From assembly GCF_963921235.1 (NCBI RefSeq), contig NC_086108.1:74650001-74714000 (forward strand): DNA of 64,000 nucleotides. The letters run 5' to 3'. Both the position numbers and the translations under genes were made by a program. A model generated the notes under the pieces. That model had not been told where the DNA came from. It saw only the letters and a program-made list of their open reading frames with translations, and ran no database searches. Each line of letters opens with the position of its first letter. Position 1 is the stretch's first letter. Below, piece by piece: positions 1 through 14,149 of this stretch. Origin of the DNA: Mobula hypostoma. Its lineage: Eukaryota.

Positions 1-630
1 CGGTTGATTGATTGCTGGTGCAACAATAACCTTGCAATCAACATCAGCAAAACCAAGGAATTGATTGTGGATTTCAGGAAGTGGAAGTTGGGAGAACATA
101 ACAGTCCTCATTAAGGGGTGGAAAGCGTGAGCAACTTCACGTTCCTGAGCAACAACATCGTGAAAGATACATCCTAGGCCCAGCACATTGTTGCAATCAT
201 GAAGAAGGCACACCAACGTCAAGATTTTATACAACCTTTGGAGTGTTAACTATGTTCATCTTGATCTTGTTCCATACATTTTAAATGGGAATCCTTCCTG
301 TGTGGAAGTTGTTGTCTTGGATATGGAATGCATTCTTAGTTTTCAACCCTTTTGATAACCCACAGCTGGGTTTATCTCTGAGTATGTACCAGATCGTGAA
401 GTGAATTTTGAGAGAACAGGCTGTTGAGAGTCAAGTTCACAGTATTATTTTTATTTGCAGAATTGGTTTTCTTTTTCACATTGGTATATGTCTGTCGTTG
501 TCTGTTTATGTATAGCTTTTTAATAAAATTATATCATTTCTTTTTTTCCCCCATTAATGCCTGGAAGAAAATGAATCTCAAGGTAGTATATAGTAGCATT
601 TGCACACATTGATAACTTTACTTTTATACC
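1..630 (+). mobile_element. Rex1/Babar-like LINE fragments (RT C-terminal part and 3' tail)
   Basis: 1-220 encodes DCWCNNNLAINISKTKELIVDFRK-like sequence; 455-630 resembles the family 3' tail (aatgaatctcaaggtagtatat...). Confidence 0.7.
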
Positions 631-1087
631 TTTGTGTAATGTTTTAGCTGACACGAACCCATTCTAGTATTAAAGTCGTGCGTGAAGGAGTTTCCATTGA
701 AGTCACCCCCCCCAAACAAAAGCAAACAGGTTTTATCTTTATTGAATATCATAATTACTTCAAACCCTAAAAGTGAGCTATTTTTCTATTAATTCAGTTT
801 GTCCTACAATGGTTTTAGCCAATACCAGAGGCACCACATTGCCAAGTTATTGCAGGCAATGCTGCTGTCTCAGATCCAGTGATCCAGGTTTGACTTTGAC
901 CCCAGGTGTTGTCTGTGTGTACATTCTTCCTGTGGTCATGTTTATATTGGTTTATTATAACTGTCACAAGTAGTGAAGTGCAGTGAAAAACTTTGTTTTG
1001 CAAGCTATCTATACAGATCACTTCATCATGTCAGTACAAGGGTAATAGAACGCAGAATACAGTTTTACAGTTCCTGAGCAAGCTCGA

Positions 1088-2660
1088 GGTTCAAAAGTTC
1101 AAAGTAAATTTATTATCAAATTACATGTATGTCATCATATATAACCCTGAGATTCCTTTTCTTGCGGGCATATTCAGTATTCCAAGTACCATAATAGAAT
1201 CAGTGAAAGATCGCACCCAATAGGATGGACAAACAAACAATGTGCAAAAGACAAACTGTGCAAAAACAAAAGAAAAAGAAAAGTAATATAAATAAATAGG
1301 CAATAAATATCAAGAACATGAGACAAGAAGTCCTTGAAAGTAAGTCCATTGTTTGTAGGAACATTTCAGTGATGGGGCAAGTGAAGTTAATTCTTGCTGG
1401 TTCAAGAGCTTGATGGTTAAGGGGTAATAACTGTTCCTGAACTTGGTGGTGTGGGTTCTGAGACTCATGTGCCATCTTCCTGATGGCAAGCAGCAGCAAA
1501 AAGAGAGCATGACCTGGATGGTGGGTGACCCTGATGATGGATGCTGCTTTCCTGCGGGGAGATATGCTCAACGGTGGGGAGGGCTTTACCCGTGATGGTC
1601 TAGGCTGTGTTCACTACTTTTTGTAGGATTTTCCACTCAAGAGCATTAGTATTTCCATACCAGGCTGTCATGCAACCTGTCAATATCCTCTACGCCATGT
1701 ATCTATAGAAGTTTGTCAAAGTTTTAGATGTCATGCTGAATCTTTGCAAACTTCTAAGGAAGTAAAGGTACTGCTGTGCTTTCTTCGTAATTGAACTTAT
1801 GTGCTGGGCCTGGGACAGGTCCACTGCAATAATAACACTGAGGAATTTAAAGTCACTGAACCTCTTCACCTCTGATCCCCTGATGGACCTCAATAATTAG
1901 CTCCTTGGTCTTGCTGACATTGAGTGAAAGGTTGTTGTTGATGCACCACTCAGCCAGATTTTGAATCTCCCTCTAATATACCGATTTGTCACCACCTTTG
2001 ATTTGGCCTATGGCAGTGGTGTCATCAGCAAACTTGGATATTGCATTGGAGCTGTGCTTAGCTTCACAGTCATATGTGTAAAGTGAGAAGAGCGCACAAT
2101 CTTGTGGTGCACCTGTATGGATGGAGATTGTGGAGGAGATGTTGTTGCCAATCTGAACTGACTGGGGTCGGCGAGTCAGAAAATTAAGATCCAATCGCAC
2201 AAGGAGATGTTAAGGCCAATATTTTGAATCTTAGTGATTAGTTTTGAGGGGATGATTGTATTGAATGCCAACTCAAAGAGTATCCTGATGTATACACTTT
2301 TGTTGTCAAGATGTTCCAAGGTTGAGTGAGGACGGCATCTGCTACTGACCTGTTGCTCCAGTAGACAAATTAGAGCAGATCCAAGTCACTTCTCAGGCAG
2401 GAATTCACCAACCTCTTAAAACACTTTGTCACAGTGGATGCAAGTGTTACTGGACCATAGTCATTGAGGCAGGTTTCCATGTTCTTCTTAAGCACTGATA
2501 TAACTGAATCCTGCTTGAAGCAGCTGGGTAGCTCAGACCGCTGAAGCGAGAGGTTTAAAGGTATCGGTGAACACTCCAGCCAGTTGATCAGCACAGGTCT
2601 TTAGTACTTGGCCAGGTACCCCATGTGGGTCAGATGCTTTCTATGAGTCTACCTTCCAGA
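1088..2660 (-). mobile_element. Rex1/Babar-like LINE, 5' truncated, decayed
   Basis: Minus ORF pieces GAPQDCALFSLYTYDC...KFADDTT, CLNDYGPVTLASTVTKCFKRLV and KKAQQYLYFLRSL; 3' end aagttcaaagtaaatttattatcaaa recurs at about 14933, 15923 and 19468. Confidence 0.85.
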
Positions 2661-3220
2661 CAATGCATGCAGATAATAACGTGCAAGGCCTTGACAGGGT
2701 AGATTGTGAGGTCAAGAGTCCATTTTTCATACAAGGGGAAGGTTCAATATTCGTATAATAGCAGGATAGAAGCTCTCCTTGTTTCAAGCTTTCACGCTTT
2801 TATATCTGCCTGACAAAAGGGGTTGGGTAGAAGAGAGAACATCTGGAGTAGTGGGGCCCTTGATTATGTTGGCTGCTTTACAGAGGCAGTGGGAAGTGCA
2901 GATGGAGTCCCTGAAGGCTGGTTTCCATCAGGTGCTAAGCTGTGTACACAACTCGGCAGTTTCTTGCGGTCATGGGCAGGGCAGTTGCAATACCAATCCT
3001 TGATGCATTTGCTTTGTATGGTACGTCTGCAAAATTGCTGAGGGTCTTTAGACTTTAGAGGAAGTAGAGGTGTTGGTATGCTTTCTTGACTATTGTGTCC
3101 ACATAGCTGGACCAGGACAGGCACACGTTTAATATAAACAGGAGCATGCGCACTAGCCCCTTCCTAAAATCAATGTCCAGCTCCTTTGCTGACATTGACA
3201 AAAAGATTTGTTATAACACC
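2660..3220 (-). mobile_element. Second Rex1/Babar-like LINE fragment
   Basis: Minus ORF ...CIKDWYCNCPAHDRKKL... resembles the Rex C-terminal CITAWYGNC motif. Confidence 0.6.
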
Positions 3221-5149
3221 ACACCACACCCCCATGCTCCAGTTTCCTGCAATATTCCAAAGACGTGCTGGTTTTTACGTTAATTTATTACTGTGAATTT
3301 CGTCTAATATCGCTTTATGGGAGAAGAATCAGAAAAATTGATAGCCTTACGAAAGAAAATAGATTTTATAGAGAAATACACAAGGGCTGAATCTGATGAG
3401 CATGCACTGAAAATTGGCATACACTTGATGAGCTGAATGGCATCCTGTGTTGTAGGGACGCATGAGCAAACATTATTCATAAAATCTAATTTACTACTTT
3501 ATATCTTAAAAGTGTCTGCTTTGCTTATTGTATCTTTTGCAATAATCATTGCAACAAATACAAAATGTTTGGTTGTTCTTCACAGGATTCCTTAGTTATC
3601 ATAATCCAGACTTGCATTCAAAATTGTTGCATGAAATAATGATCATGACACAATATTGTGAAAAGGGAAGGTGAAAAGGCAACTAAATTAGTTAAATTTA
3701 ATTTAAATAGTGCAGCTTTTAATATGATCAGTGAAGAAAGGGAAGTGTACTATTTTCTATTCCCTTGGATACAAGTGTAAAGTAATTTGATAACTAAATA
3801 ACTATATATGAGATCTCATTGATATGATATGAGCTATTGTCTGAAAATTACATTATTCAAAGGGTAATTTGTTTTGAAGTGTAACAGGCAGTAAGTTTGC
3901 TTCTGAACTTCCTTTTAAAGAAGCAACAAGAGATTTGCTGAAAGCAGTTGCTGATCCTTTTAGTTTTTATTGGGAAACCCAGAAATAATGGAGACCTTGG
4001 AGGCCCTCAGGGTAGCTATGGAGAATATTAATCTTAGACTGAAGTTGAGTCCTCAAAAATTAAGAAATGCTAATGAGGTGGTCAAGTAGAATAAAAAGGA
4101 TTTTAAAAACTACATAACTTGTACAAGATGAATGTTTTGTGAAGGCGAAAAGCATTTGCTCCAATTCTCTAAAACCTATAATATATTTAAGTAGAGTTTA
4201 TTAAAAACATATCACTGCTGTAAATGGGTCCTCTGAGTTCTAAGACTGAAACTGCAGTTTTATGCCAGCTGTGCTGAATTACTGTGTTCCAATTCCTCTG
4301 ACATTTGAGATCTTGCTGTAAATTATTGGCCTTCATTAGGGTCCTGTATGTTCCCAATTAAAACAGGGGTTGACTCTACACACACCTGTGGTCTTTTGGG
4401 CAAACTGCTGCCTGATGATGAGAAATAATTCTCTTAGTGAGATCTCTCTGGTCTTGAAAATTGAAAAGACCATTTGCAGACAATATAACGTGCATCAGTC
4501 CAGGCTTATTATCCATTTAAATGTTATACTGTTGAACTTAACACATCTTTAGGGAATACTACAGGAATTGACATCACTGTACTTGTCCGTGACAGGATAT
4601 TCTGAAGCTTTCCTACTCTTTGGCAAAGCCATCAAATAATTTGCTCCAGCTGTGAATGGAGCCTCTGGATTAGATGCATCTTCCTGTCAACAGCTATCAA
4701 TGTGTTCTCTTTTCATCCAACAAGAGGTGAAATTCAAACTCTAATAGCAGAATCTTTACTGACTCTTTAGCTGAACCATAACTTTTATTACCACAAAGCT
4801 CCATCTTAAAGCATAGTATGAAGCAAGAAATGTTTGGGATAATGAGAAGTCTTTTACATTTTCCATTTTTTTCCTGTTGAAGCCATTGAAATAATCATAA
4901 GAGATATTAGATTGTCTATCAGTTCCTATGGTACAGATGAAAGGGCTAGAGTGGGTTTACAGAAAATTCGATAGGTATGACACTAGACTAGTAGACATGT
5001 GAGGGTATGCTTATCAGGAAAGAATGAACAGATGTAATCTTTTGTTTTGTAAAAGGAAAGCTGAGAGATGACCTAGCAGAGATGGTTAGAATGCAAGTTT
5101 TATGATAGAATGAATTGAGAGAGAGTTTTTCCAATATGAAATTTGTCAA

Positions 5150-6700
5150 ACAAATGGAACAAAGAATAGTACAGCACGGATCAGGCCCTTCAATATGTGG
5201 TGTTGTGCCAAACTAGGTAAATTAGTAATCGAATGCCAAACTAAACTCACCCCCTTTGCCTAGACAATTTTCCATATCCTTCAATTTCCCGTACATTCAT
5301 ATGCCTGTCTGAGATGCTGTTGAACACCTCGATTGTAATTGGCTCTGCCACTACCTCAGGCAATGCATTAAGGCTGATTTATACTTGTGCGTACCAGCTT
5401 ACGCCATAGCCTATGCAAGTGGGCTATGCCGTTGTGAGCATTTATACTTGTACGTTGGTGTGTCTGCATCACTCTGCAATTCGTGCACGTCACGCATGCA
5501 CACACACCTGCCCATTGCAAGGCTTCATGGTCATGGTAGTCTTTCTCGGGGTAAAGAAGTTTAAAGCGAGCATCTTTTTTCGTAAAAGTGAAATGTGTCC
5601 TCCATAATTTCAGAGGTCTGTAAAGCTTTATGGAAAGCATTGCAGCCAGAGTTCCTTCCCTGCCCTTCAGTCGCCCAATGGGAAGCTATTGTAGTGTAGG
5701 AGGAAATGCGATGCTACCAAGCAGACCAATCACAGTTGTTGTGGTCTGCGTTGCAGCGGCGCGTAGTTACATTTTGGGAGAGGTGTGCGTCAGGCTACGG
5801 TGTATGGATCTGTATAGGCACTGCGTAGGGCTCGCGGCTATGCCATACCTATGGCGTTGATTTGACACAGAAGTATAAATCAGCCTTTACAGGCACCTAC
5901 CACTCTTTGTCCATGGATTAAAAACTTGTCACGCGCATCTCCTTTGAACTTGCCTCCTCTCACTTTAAAGGCATGCCCTCTGGTATTAGACATTGCTGTC
6001 CTGTGTAAAAGATACTCACTGTCTACTCCATCTATGCCTCTCAATCTTATAGAACTTTATCAGATCTCCCGTTAGCCTCTGTAGCTCAAGAGAAAACAAC
6101 CCATGTTTGTGCACTATCTCCTCCAACAAACAGCTCTAATGCAGGCAGCATCATAGTAAACCTCTTCTGTGCCCTCCCCAACGCTTTGATATCCTTCCTA
6201 TCATGGGGCAACCAGAAATGAATGCAATACTCCAGAGGCAGCCTACTAGAGATTCTTATGGCTGCAACACAAGTTCCCAACTCTTGAACTCAATTCCTTG
6301 ACTAAAAAAGGCAACCATGCCATCTGCCTTCTTTACCTCTCTGTCAACCTATGCAGCCACTTTAGGGAAGCTTATAGACTTGAACCAACCCAACCCCGTT
6401 TCCCGCTTGCATCAACATTAGTAAGGGTCTTGCCATTAACAGCGTACTGTCCCCTTACATTTAAGCACCCAAAGTGTGTAGCACTTCATATTTGGCCAGG
6501 TTGAGCTCCATCTGCCATTTCTCCATCCATATCTGCAACTAATCTATATCCTGCTGCATCCTTTGGCAGTCTTCTACACACACTACCAAACTTCATATTG
6601 TCTGCAGACTTGCTAACTCACCCATCTATGTTTTCATCCTGGTCATCACAATCATCAGAGGTCCCAGTATGGATCCCCGGGGGACACCACTATTCACAGA
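5150..6700 (-). mobile_element. CR1 LINE 3' fragment, interrupted by a MITE
   Basis: Minus ORF LEYCIHFWLPHDRKDIKALGRAQKRFTMMLP; CR1 tail near 5155-5200; host sequence gcaatgcatta|caggcacc is rejoined across the MITE. Confidence 0.8.
5371..5886. mobile_element. PIF/Harbinger-like MITE (516 bp)
   Basis: Terminal inverted repeats aggctgatttatactt / aagtataaatcagcct; TTA duplication at 5368-5370 and 5887-5889; CpG-rich interior, no coding capacity. Confidence 0.85.
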
Positions 6701-7336
6701 TTGATTTATTCCTCATAATCCATAGACATGCAGTTAAATGTCTTTGCCTAGTCTATCAAGTTTTATATTGATGTTGCATTGTAAGATCAAAGGTGTGTAG
6801 CTTGCCTGACCAAGAATTTATTTAAGAGTTTCTTTCCCCAAAATTTCAGGCAGAGGGAATGAAATCAATTGTCCAGTGATTGGTTCCCTAAAGAGTGCAT
6901 TAAGTATCCTTCACCCTGTTAGACCATTGCAGACTACAACATTGGATTATAGTAGGAGCATACTTTGTCTGATATTATTCGTTGAAAGTATGTTGTATGG
7001 TTCTGTTACTTGCATAACATTCTAAAGTAGTTAGCCCATCATTTTTAAGCAAATGCATTGAATTGTTATAATATGATTTCTGTGAGGGAACAGTGGAAGT
7101 GAATACCCCATTTCAGTTCGTTAGCACTATATCGAAAAGGAGATGAATGTTAGCTGTAATATGTTTAAAGAACTAATATGAATTAACTTAAAAATAAACA
7201 TAAAATAATAATATTCACGAGTTTGAACAGCTGATATTTAAGCAACACAAGCTTTCACTCAGTTGTTCTCAAAAATATTTAATACCATGAAATGAAAAAA
7301 TCCACTTTTAACTGATTTACTGTCTTAATAGATTGT

Positions 7337-8838
7337 ACCATAGAAACTACAGCACAGAAACAGGCCTTTTGGCCCTTCTTGGCTGTGCCGAACCATTTTC
7401 TGCCTAGTTCCACAGGGACCATATCCCTCCATACACCTCCCATCCATGTATCTGTCCAATTTATTCTTAAATGTTAAAAAAGAACCTTCATTTACCAACT
7501 CATTTGGCAGCTCATTCCATACTCCCACCACTCTCTGTGTGAAGAAGCCCCCACTAATGTTCCCTTTAAACTTTTCCCCCCTCACCCCTAACCCATGTCC
7601 TCTGGTTTTTTTCTCCCCTTGCCTCAGTGGAAAAAGCCTGCTTGCATTCACTCTATCTATACCCATCATAATTTTATATACTTCTATCAAATCTCCCCTC
7701 ATTCTTCTACGCTCCAGGGAATAAAGTCCTAACTTATTCAACCTTTCTCTGTAACTGAGTTTCTCAAGTCCTGGCAACATCCTTGTAAACCTTCTCTGCA
7801 CTCTCTCAACCTTATTTATATCCTTCCTGTAATTTGACCAAAACTGAACACAATACTGCAGATTCGGCCTCACCAATGCCTTATACAACCTCATCATAAC
7901 ATTCCAGCTCTTATACTCAATACTTTGATTAATAAAGGCCAATGTACCAAAAGCTCTCTTTACGACCCTATCTACCTGTGACGCCACTTTTAGGGAATTT
8001 TGTATCTGTATTCCCAGATCCTTCTGTTCTACTGCACTCCTCAGTGCCTTACCATTAACCCTGTATGTTCTACCTTGGTTTGTCCTTCCAACGTGCAATA
8101 CCTCACACTTGTCTGTATTAAACTCTATCTGCCATTTTTCAGCCCATTTTTCCAGCTGGTCCAAGTCCCTCTGCAGGCTCTGAAAATCTTCCTCACTGTC
8201 TACTACACCTCCAATCTTTGTATCATCAGCAAATTTGCTGATCCAATTTACCACATTATCATCCAGATCATTGATATAGATGACAAATAACAATGGACCC
8301 AGCACTGATCCCTGTGGCACACCACTAGTCACAGGCCTCCACTCAGAGAAGCAATTCTCTACCACCACTCTTTGGCTTCTACCATTGAGCCAATGTCTAA
8401 TCCAATTTACCACTTCTCCATGTATACCTAGCGACTGAATTTTCCTAACTAACCTCCCATGCGGGACCTTGTCAAAGACCTTACTGAAATCCATGTAGAC
8501 AATATCCACTGCCTTCCCTTCATCCACTTTCCTGGTAACCTCCTCGAAAAACTCCAATAGATTGGTCAAACATGACCTACCACGCACAGAGCCATGTTGA
8601 CTCTCCCTAATAAGCTTGTAGATTCTGTCTCTTAGTACTCCCTCCAATAACTTACCTACTACTGACGTTAAACTCACTGGCCTATAATTTCCCGGATTAC
8701 TTTTCGATCCTTTTTTAAACAACGGAACAACATGAGCCACTCTCCAATCCTCCGGCACCTCATCCGTAGACAGTGACATTTTAAATATTTCTGCCAGGGC
8801 CCCCGCAATTTCAACACTAGTCTCCTTCAAGGTCCGAG
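7337..8838 (-). mobile_element. Young CR1 LINE, 5' truncated, with 501-aa open RT frame (7325-8830)
   Basis: Motifs PGNYRPVSLTS, YMDFSKVFDKVPH, GVPQGSVLGPLLF, KFADDTKIGG and LQYCVQFW; CR1-type 3' tail gggccaaaaggcctgtttctgtgctgtagtttctatgg. Confidence 0.95.
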
Positions 8839-9324
8839 GTCTCTAAATTTCCTGAATATTTTCTGCAAGGAAGGTTGCTGTGGACATAGACAGGCAAAAA
8901 TTGTAGCTTTGTTATTGCCTTGTTGGAAACAGACAGACAATAAGCTTCGTGAGTGGATTATTGCTCATGAATGGGAGAAAGTGATTGTCAGGCAGATAAA
9001 ATAAAAAGAAAAACTATATGATTAGCAATATCACTTTTGACTTGTCAGGATTTGGACTGGAGCAGCTGCAAAATATCCTTTGCTGCTCTGAGCTGCCAAT
9101 GTGGTGATAAGCCAAGTGAGATTTCCTAGCCAATTATGTTGGGAACTGGGTGTGCTCCAAAACTTCGTCTGATGTAATGGCACCATTCATTTTCAGCAGA
9201 AATAAAAATTTTGGATCACTGCGTTTAATCTTTATTTGATCATCCCAAGGGGATGAGAACTGAAAAAAAAGATAATTATTAGTGGTCATTTGAGATGGGA
9301 AATGGCTATTTCCCATCTTAAAGT

Positions 9325-9548
9325 ATGTCAGGATGGGCTCTAGACCTCACAGTCTTTCTTATTATGACCTTGTGTCTTATTGTCTACCAGTACTGCACTC
9401 TCTCTGCAACCTTAACAGTATATTCTGCACTTTCATATTGTTTTATCAGAAAGTACTGTTGTAATGAATTGATCTGTATGAATGGCATGCAAGCCAACCT
9501 CTTCACTGTACCTCAGTACAAGTGATGATAATAAACCAATTTGCCATT
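9325..9548 (+). mobile_element. LINE 3' tail fragment (Rex-like)
   Basis: Ends ...cactgtacctcagtacaagtgatgataataaaccaattt, a typical non-LTR 3' end with AATAAA and a short repeat. Confidence 0.5.
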
Positions 9549-9859
9549 TGTTTCTATGTCACCACAATCGAATTGTCTGGATGGTCACTAAACTCTTTCC
9601 TAATTTGCTGCTCTGAGGGTGTGATTGGTTAATATAACCAGTCCATGCTGTATAAGGTAACTTCAGCTGCTGCAGGAGGGTGGTTACCTGTTCCTTGTCT
9701 GAAGGAAAGGAAAACTACGGCTGCACCTCTCCTGATTATATGTGAACAATTTCGTGAGGTACATGAGGTGCTGTTTAAACTCAGCCTTAGTTATCATGTT
9801 TATTATCACAAAAGCTAAAACTTGTTATGGATACACATGGATAACCACTATATGAATTC

Positions 9860-10155
9860 AATACATTTAAAATCATAAAGGATCAGATAGAGAGAAACCA
9901 TTTCCATTGGCAGAATGATCAAGAACTAGATGTAGATTAGAATGAAGCTAATTGGCAAAAAAACCCAAAACTGATATGAGGAAAGATGATTTTACTTAGT
10001 GAGTGATAAGGTTAAGAAATACGCCGCCAGAGTGAGGCAGATCTAATCATGGCATTCAAAATGAGATGTGGGCCTAGGTATATTTCTCCTGCATGTAGAA
10101 CTTTCCCTCATGGGTCAAATGACTTCCTTCTCTGTTGTAACTTTTCAATGTTTCT
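9860..10155 (+). mobile_element. Old CR1 3' fragment
   Basis: Degenerate CR1 C-terminus and tail (atgggtcaaatgacttccttctctgttgtaac). Confidence 0.55.
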
Positions 10156-10225
10156 GTAATTTGGGTGGTATACCCATGTAGTCCTGATTTCATCTTTCCC
10201 AATGCAATAGCAAAATACATTTGTG

Positions 10226-10326
10226 GTCCTGACGAAGGGTCTCAGCATCTTTCTATAGATGCTGCCTGACTTCCTGAGTTCATCCAGCATTTTGTGTGGA
10301 TTTCCAGCATCTGCAGAATCTCTTGT
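10226..10326 (+). mobile_element. Solo Penelope pLTR remnant with broken hammerhead
   Basis: gtcCTGACGAagggtctc then a deletion removing GAAA, followed by agatgctgcctgac...gatttccagcatctgcagaatc. Confidence 0.75.
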
Positions 10327-11137
10327 ACTTATGCATTTACGTGCAACTTCTAATATAGTTGGACTCCACAAGGTGCTTCTGAAATGTTCAATCAGCTTTG
10401 TGTCAACTTGAATTATTAGGTATGGTGATTAAACATTTGCTTGAAGTGTGGATTTCAGAAGAGTCTTAACGCAGCAGGGGAGAAAGAGGGAGAGAAAGAA
10501 GTGGAGAACAGTGAGGTACAGAGAACATTACTGAGTATGTGGTCTGTGTAGCTGAAGGAAGTTTTTCCAATGGTAAGAAATAGTTTCCAAAACACCTTAC
10601 ATTCTAGATTTGGCAGATGTCTTTATAATTTCAGATATGAGTCATAACCTCATAGTGCAATATTCTTTAAAAACTTTCAATGTCATTTTAATAAAACTAA
10701 GAATATGTATGTATATGCTTTAAATAAATGTTTCTTTGTATTATTTTGGAAACTGGTATATATTTCATAAAATTAGAGGCCAAGGAATAGGACAAAACAA
10801 ATGACGTGGATAGGGTAAGGTTTTAATGCTCTCTGGATTGTGCATTTGGTCACAACAGAGAAAATCTGATTTTCATTAAGTTGACTTTAAAGATTGCCAG
10901 ATAAATGGGCTTCAGCCCAATATGTGACTGGACTAATTATATTAGATGCTGAAGTTTGTCACTGTGAAAGACATGCACAAAGACAAAGTACACAAGTACT
11001 GAGATACTCCAAGATGAAATATGAACTTAAAAATGCTATAGGTAGAATAAATCATGGTCTGGCTGTTATCTAGTTTGTGTTTATTATTTAAGGGATTTAA
11101 ATCCTTCAGGCTAGATCTTTAGAACAGAATTACATAT

Positions 11138-11203
11138 AACAACACACACACAAAATGCTGGAAGATCACAGCAAGTCAAGCAACATCCAAGGAGGGGAAT
11201 AAG
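11138..11203 (-). mobile_element. Penelope pLTR 3' remnant
   Basis: caacacacacacaaaatgctggaagatcacagcaagtcaagcaacatc is the reverse complement of the pLTR 3' part. Confidence 0.6.
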
Positions 11204-11534
11204 TTATTTTTCCCTGGAGTTAATTTCCTTTTCCCTTTTGAAAAAGGGAGTGGAGCCACTATTTTGAAGGACATATATTTTGTTTTTAATGGTATGATAA
11301 TCAATTTAACTGAAATTTTAAGATGCATATTTTTGTATACTAAGTCAAACATACAATTAAAAAGATTGTATGATGTTTGATTTTTGCATAATCTCAAAGC
11401 TCTTGTAAAAATGATGTGTTGGGTTGTCATTATAGACCCTGAAGCAATCTTTGAAAGTAGGTGCCTTATTTATATGTGTATTATCTATGACAGCAGCCTT
11501 GATGTTCTTACTTTTAATCAACATTAAAATTTTA

Positions 11535-13020
11535 GTCATAGGAATACAAGAACAGATGAATGAGAAGGCCATTCAGCCACTTGGTTGCTCTGCTTTTGGA
11601 CATGGTTGATCTGATTATAACCTCAAATCCATATCATATTTATATTTGGTAATCTGCCATCTCCTTCCATCTTCTATCAACAATCTAACTCTGCCTTAAA
11701 ACATTCAAAGGCCCTGTTTCTTCCATTTAGAATCATAAAACTGTACAGCACAGAAAATGGCCCATCTACAGTAATCCCATTAAAATAATTGTGTATAATT
11801 AGTTTTGATTCCACCACCACCTCCTCTGGCAGCATTTCCCAGATATAAACCACTCAGTATGAAAAAATAATGATCTCCCAGATCCCTTTAAAGTTTTCTC
11901 GCTTCACCTTAAAACTAAGCCCTCTAGATTTTGATACCTAGACTATAAGGAAGATAATTGGCTATCTACACCACTTATAAATCTCAGAATTTTATATACT
12001 TCTATCTGTTCATTCCTCATCTTCCTTTGATCCAGGGAAAATAAGCCCATCCTATCCAATCAAAGAAGATTACAAAGATTCGTAACCCAATGAGAGAAGA
12101 ATTTCACCTTATTTCTGTGTTAAGTGCGTAACCTTTTGTTTTTAGGCGGTGGTATCTTGTTCGAGATTCTCACACAAATTGAATTGTTCTCTCCATGTCC
12201 ACTCTTTCAAGATTTTACACTCAGTGACCACTTTATTAGGTACCTCCTATGCTATCCTATGTACTCCACTGTTCTGATGTGTGATTGTTTAAGTTATTGT
12301 TACCTTCTTGTCAATTTGAACCAATCTGGCCATTCTCCTCTGACCACTCTCATTAACAAAGTGTTTTGCCCACAGAACTGCTGCTTACTGGATGATTTTT
12401 GTTTTGTTCATCAATCTCTGTAAACTATAGAAACTGTTGTGTGTGAAAATACTAGGAGATCGGCAGTTTCTGAGATACTCAACCCACCCCATCTGGCACC
12501 AACAATCATTCAACAGTCAAAGTTACTTACATCACATTTACTCCCCCATTCTGATGTTTGGTGTGAACAACAACTGAGCCTCTTGACCATGTTTGCTTGT
12601 TTTTATGCATTGAGTTGCTGCCACGTGATTGGCGATTAGATATTTTCATTAATGAGCAGGTGTTAATATGTATATGCTTCAATCAAGTTACCTTTCAATC
12701 TTTTAAACTCCAGAAGATAAAACACTCTTTCCAATTTTTCCACCTAGGACAAAACATCTATTAGAGATATTGGTTTAGTGGACATTAACTGAGATGCTTC
12801 CAACATAGTATTGGTCTCATCAATGCTCTATGCATTATCCCTTTTTGTATTTCATTCTCCTATCAATAAATGAATACAAACTGTCAGCTTCCCTGAATGC
12901 CTACATACTAGATGTGAACAAATCATGTATTACAGAACTCTGCAATCCCTTATCATTTGGATAATATTTCTTTTATTTTTCCTGTTGAAATGGACTATCT
13001 CATATTTTCCCCACATCATG
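11535..13020 (-). mobile_element. Nested old CR1 3' fragments (second CR1 tail at about 11728-12060)
   Basis: Two CR1-type tails (aagaacag...aggccattcagcc; agaatcataaaactgtacagcacagaaaatggccc) followed by degenerate RT C-terminal sequence. Confidence 0.55.
12218..12663 (-). mobile_element. Tc1-like non-autonomous deletion derivative
   Basis: Starts cactcagtgaccactttattaggtac (TIR-like); interior is homologous to 40702-41197, which encodes a transposase HTH fragment. Confidence 0.75.
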
Positions 13021-13654
13021 CTCAATTTGTTAAATCTTTGATCATTCAATTAACCAATTTATATCCCTTTTTAGCAACCTATGTATTCTTCACTTTCCTA
13101 CTAGACAACAAAGTCTATTTAGGTTCATGTAGTTGGCTGCTGGTATTACCTTGGCTTGTACCCCTAAACTTGAACTTTCAAATCTGTTGGTAGTTTCGTG
13201 AAATCTGTCATGTTTTTGTTTGCTTGTATTCTTCAAAGGTCAGGTTGTATTATGGATTGAGGATCCATAACTTGAGTTTGTAAGACAAGGTTTAAAACTG
13301 CAACATCTATACTTTATACCATATCTGAGACAATTAATTTTTGACAAGTGCTTTTAGACTTGCTGCCAATCTTTAATCCTTTATTTTACTGTTCACATTT
13401 TCACCCTCTGTAGTGTTTTGCTTTTTGACTGCTTGCTAAATTACCAATATTAACTTGAGTGAGACATGTGATTTAAAAAAAGTACAAAATTCTGTATTCA
13501 AATGCATTTTTTGATTTCAATAATTCATGATCAATACACTTGAGAGAAATTGGCAGCAATAGGAGAAAAAACTCTAATTCAGTCCAATAGATTGATAGTG
13601 ATTTCCCTTTTCATTTTATGATTTTTTTTCCATGTGGCTGTCAAATACAATTTG

Positions 13655-13815
13655 CAGATACAATAGGGTATTTTAAGAGACTCATGGATGTGTACATGGA
13701 GCTTAGGAAGATAGAGGGCTATGGATAACCCTAGGTAATTTCTAAAGTAAGTACATGTTTGGCACAGCATTGTGGACCGAAGGGTCTGTATTGTGCTGTA
13801 GGTTTTCTATGTTTC
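13655..13815 (+). mobile_element. CR1 3' tail
   Basis: ttggcacagcattgtggaccgaagggtctgtattgtgctgtaggttttctatgtttct. Confidence 0.7.
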
Positions 13816-14149
13816 TGCTAAATATTTCCTTGGAGATTAACTGGCTTTAAAGTCCAGTGTGATCTTCCTCACCACCTTTTCTGCCACCATCTCATAAGAC
13901 AGTGGATTATGTGAAAATAATGAAAAATAGTTATACTGCCTTTAAATAGTGAGCAGCTATGATGTTGGTGTAAGGTTGGAGTTTTGTTCCTTCATCAATA
14001 TTAATGAAGATACTGAAGTAAGTGGTGATCCCTGGGATAACAATGTGAACATAAATATACTGCTAATCTAGTCTTCGGCAACATTACTGCCTCATGTTAC
14101 TTTTGTGTAGGATCATAGATTAACCATTTGGAAAAGGTTGATTTACTTT

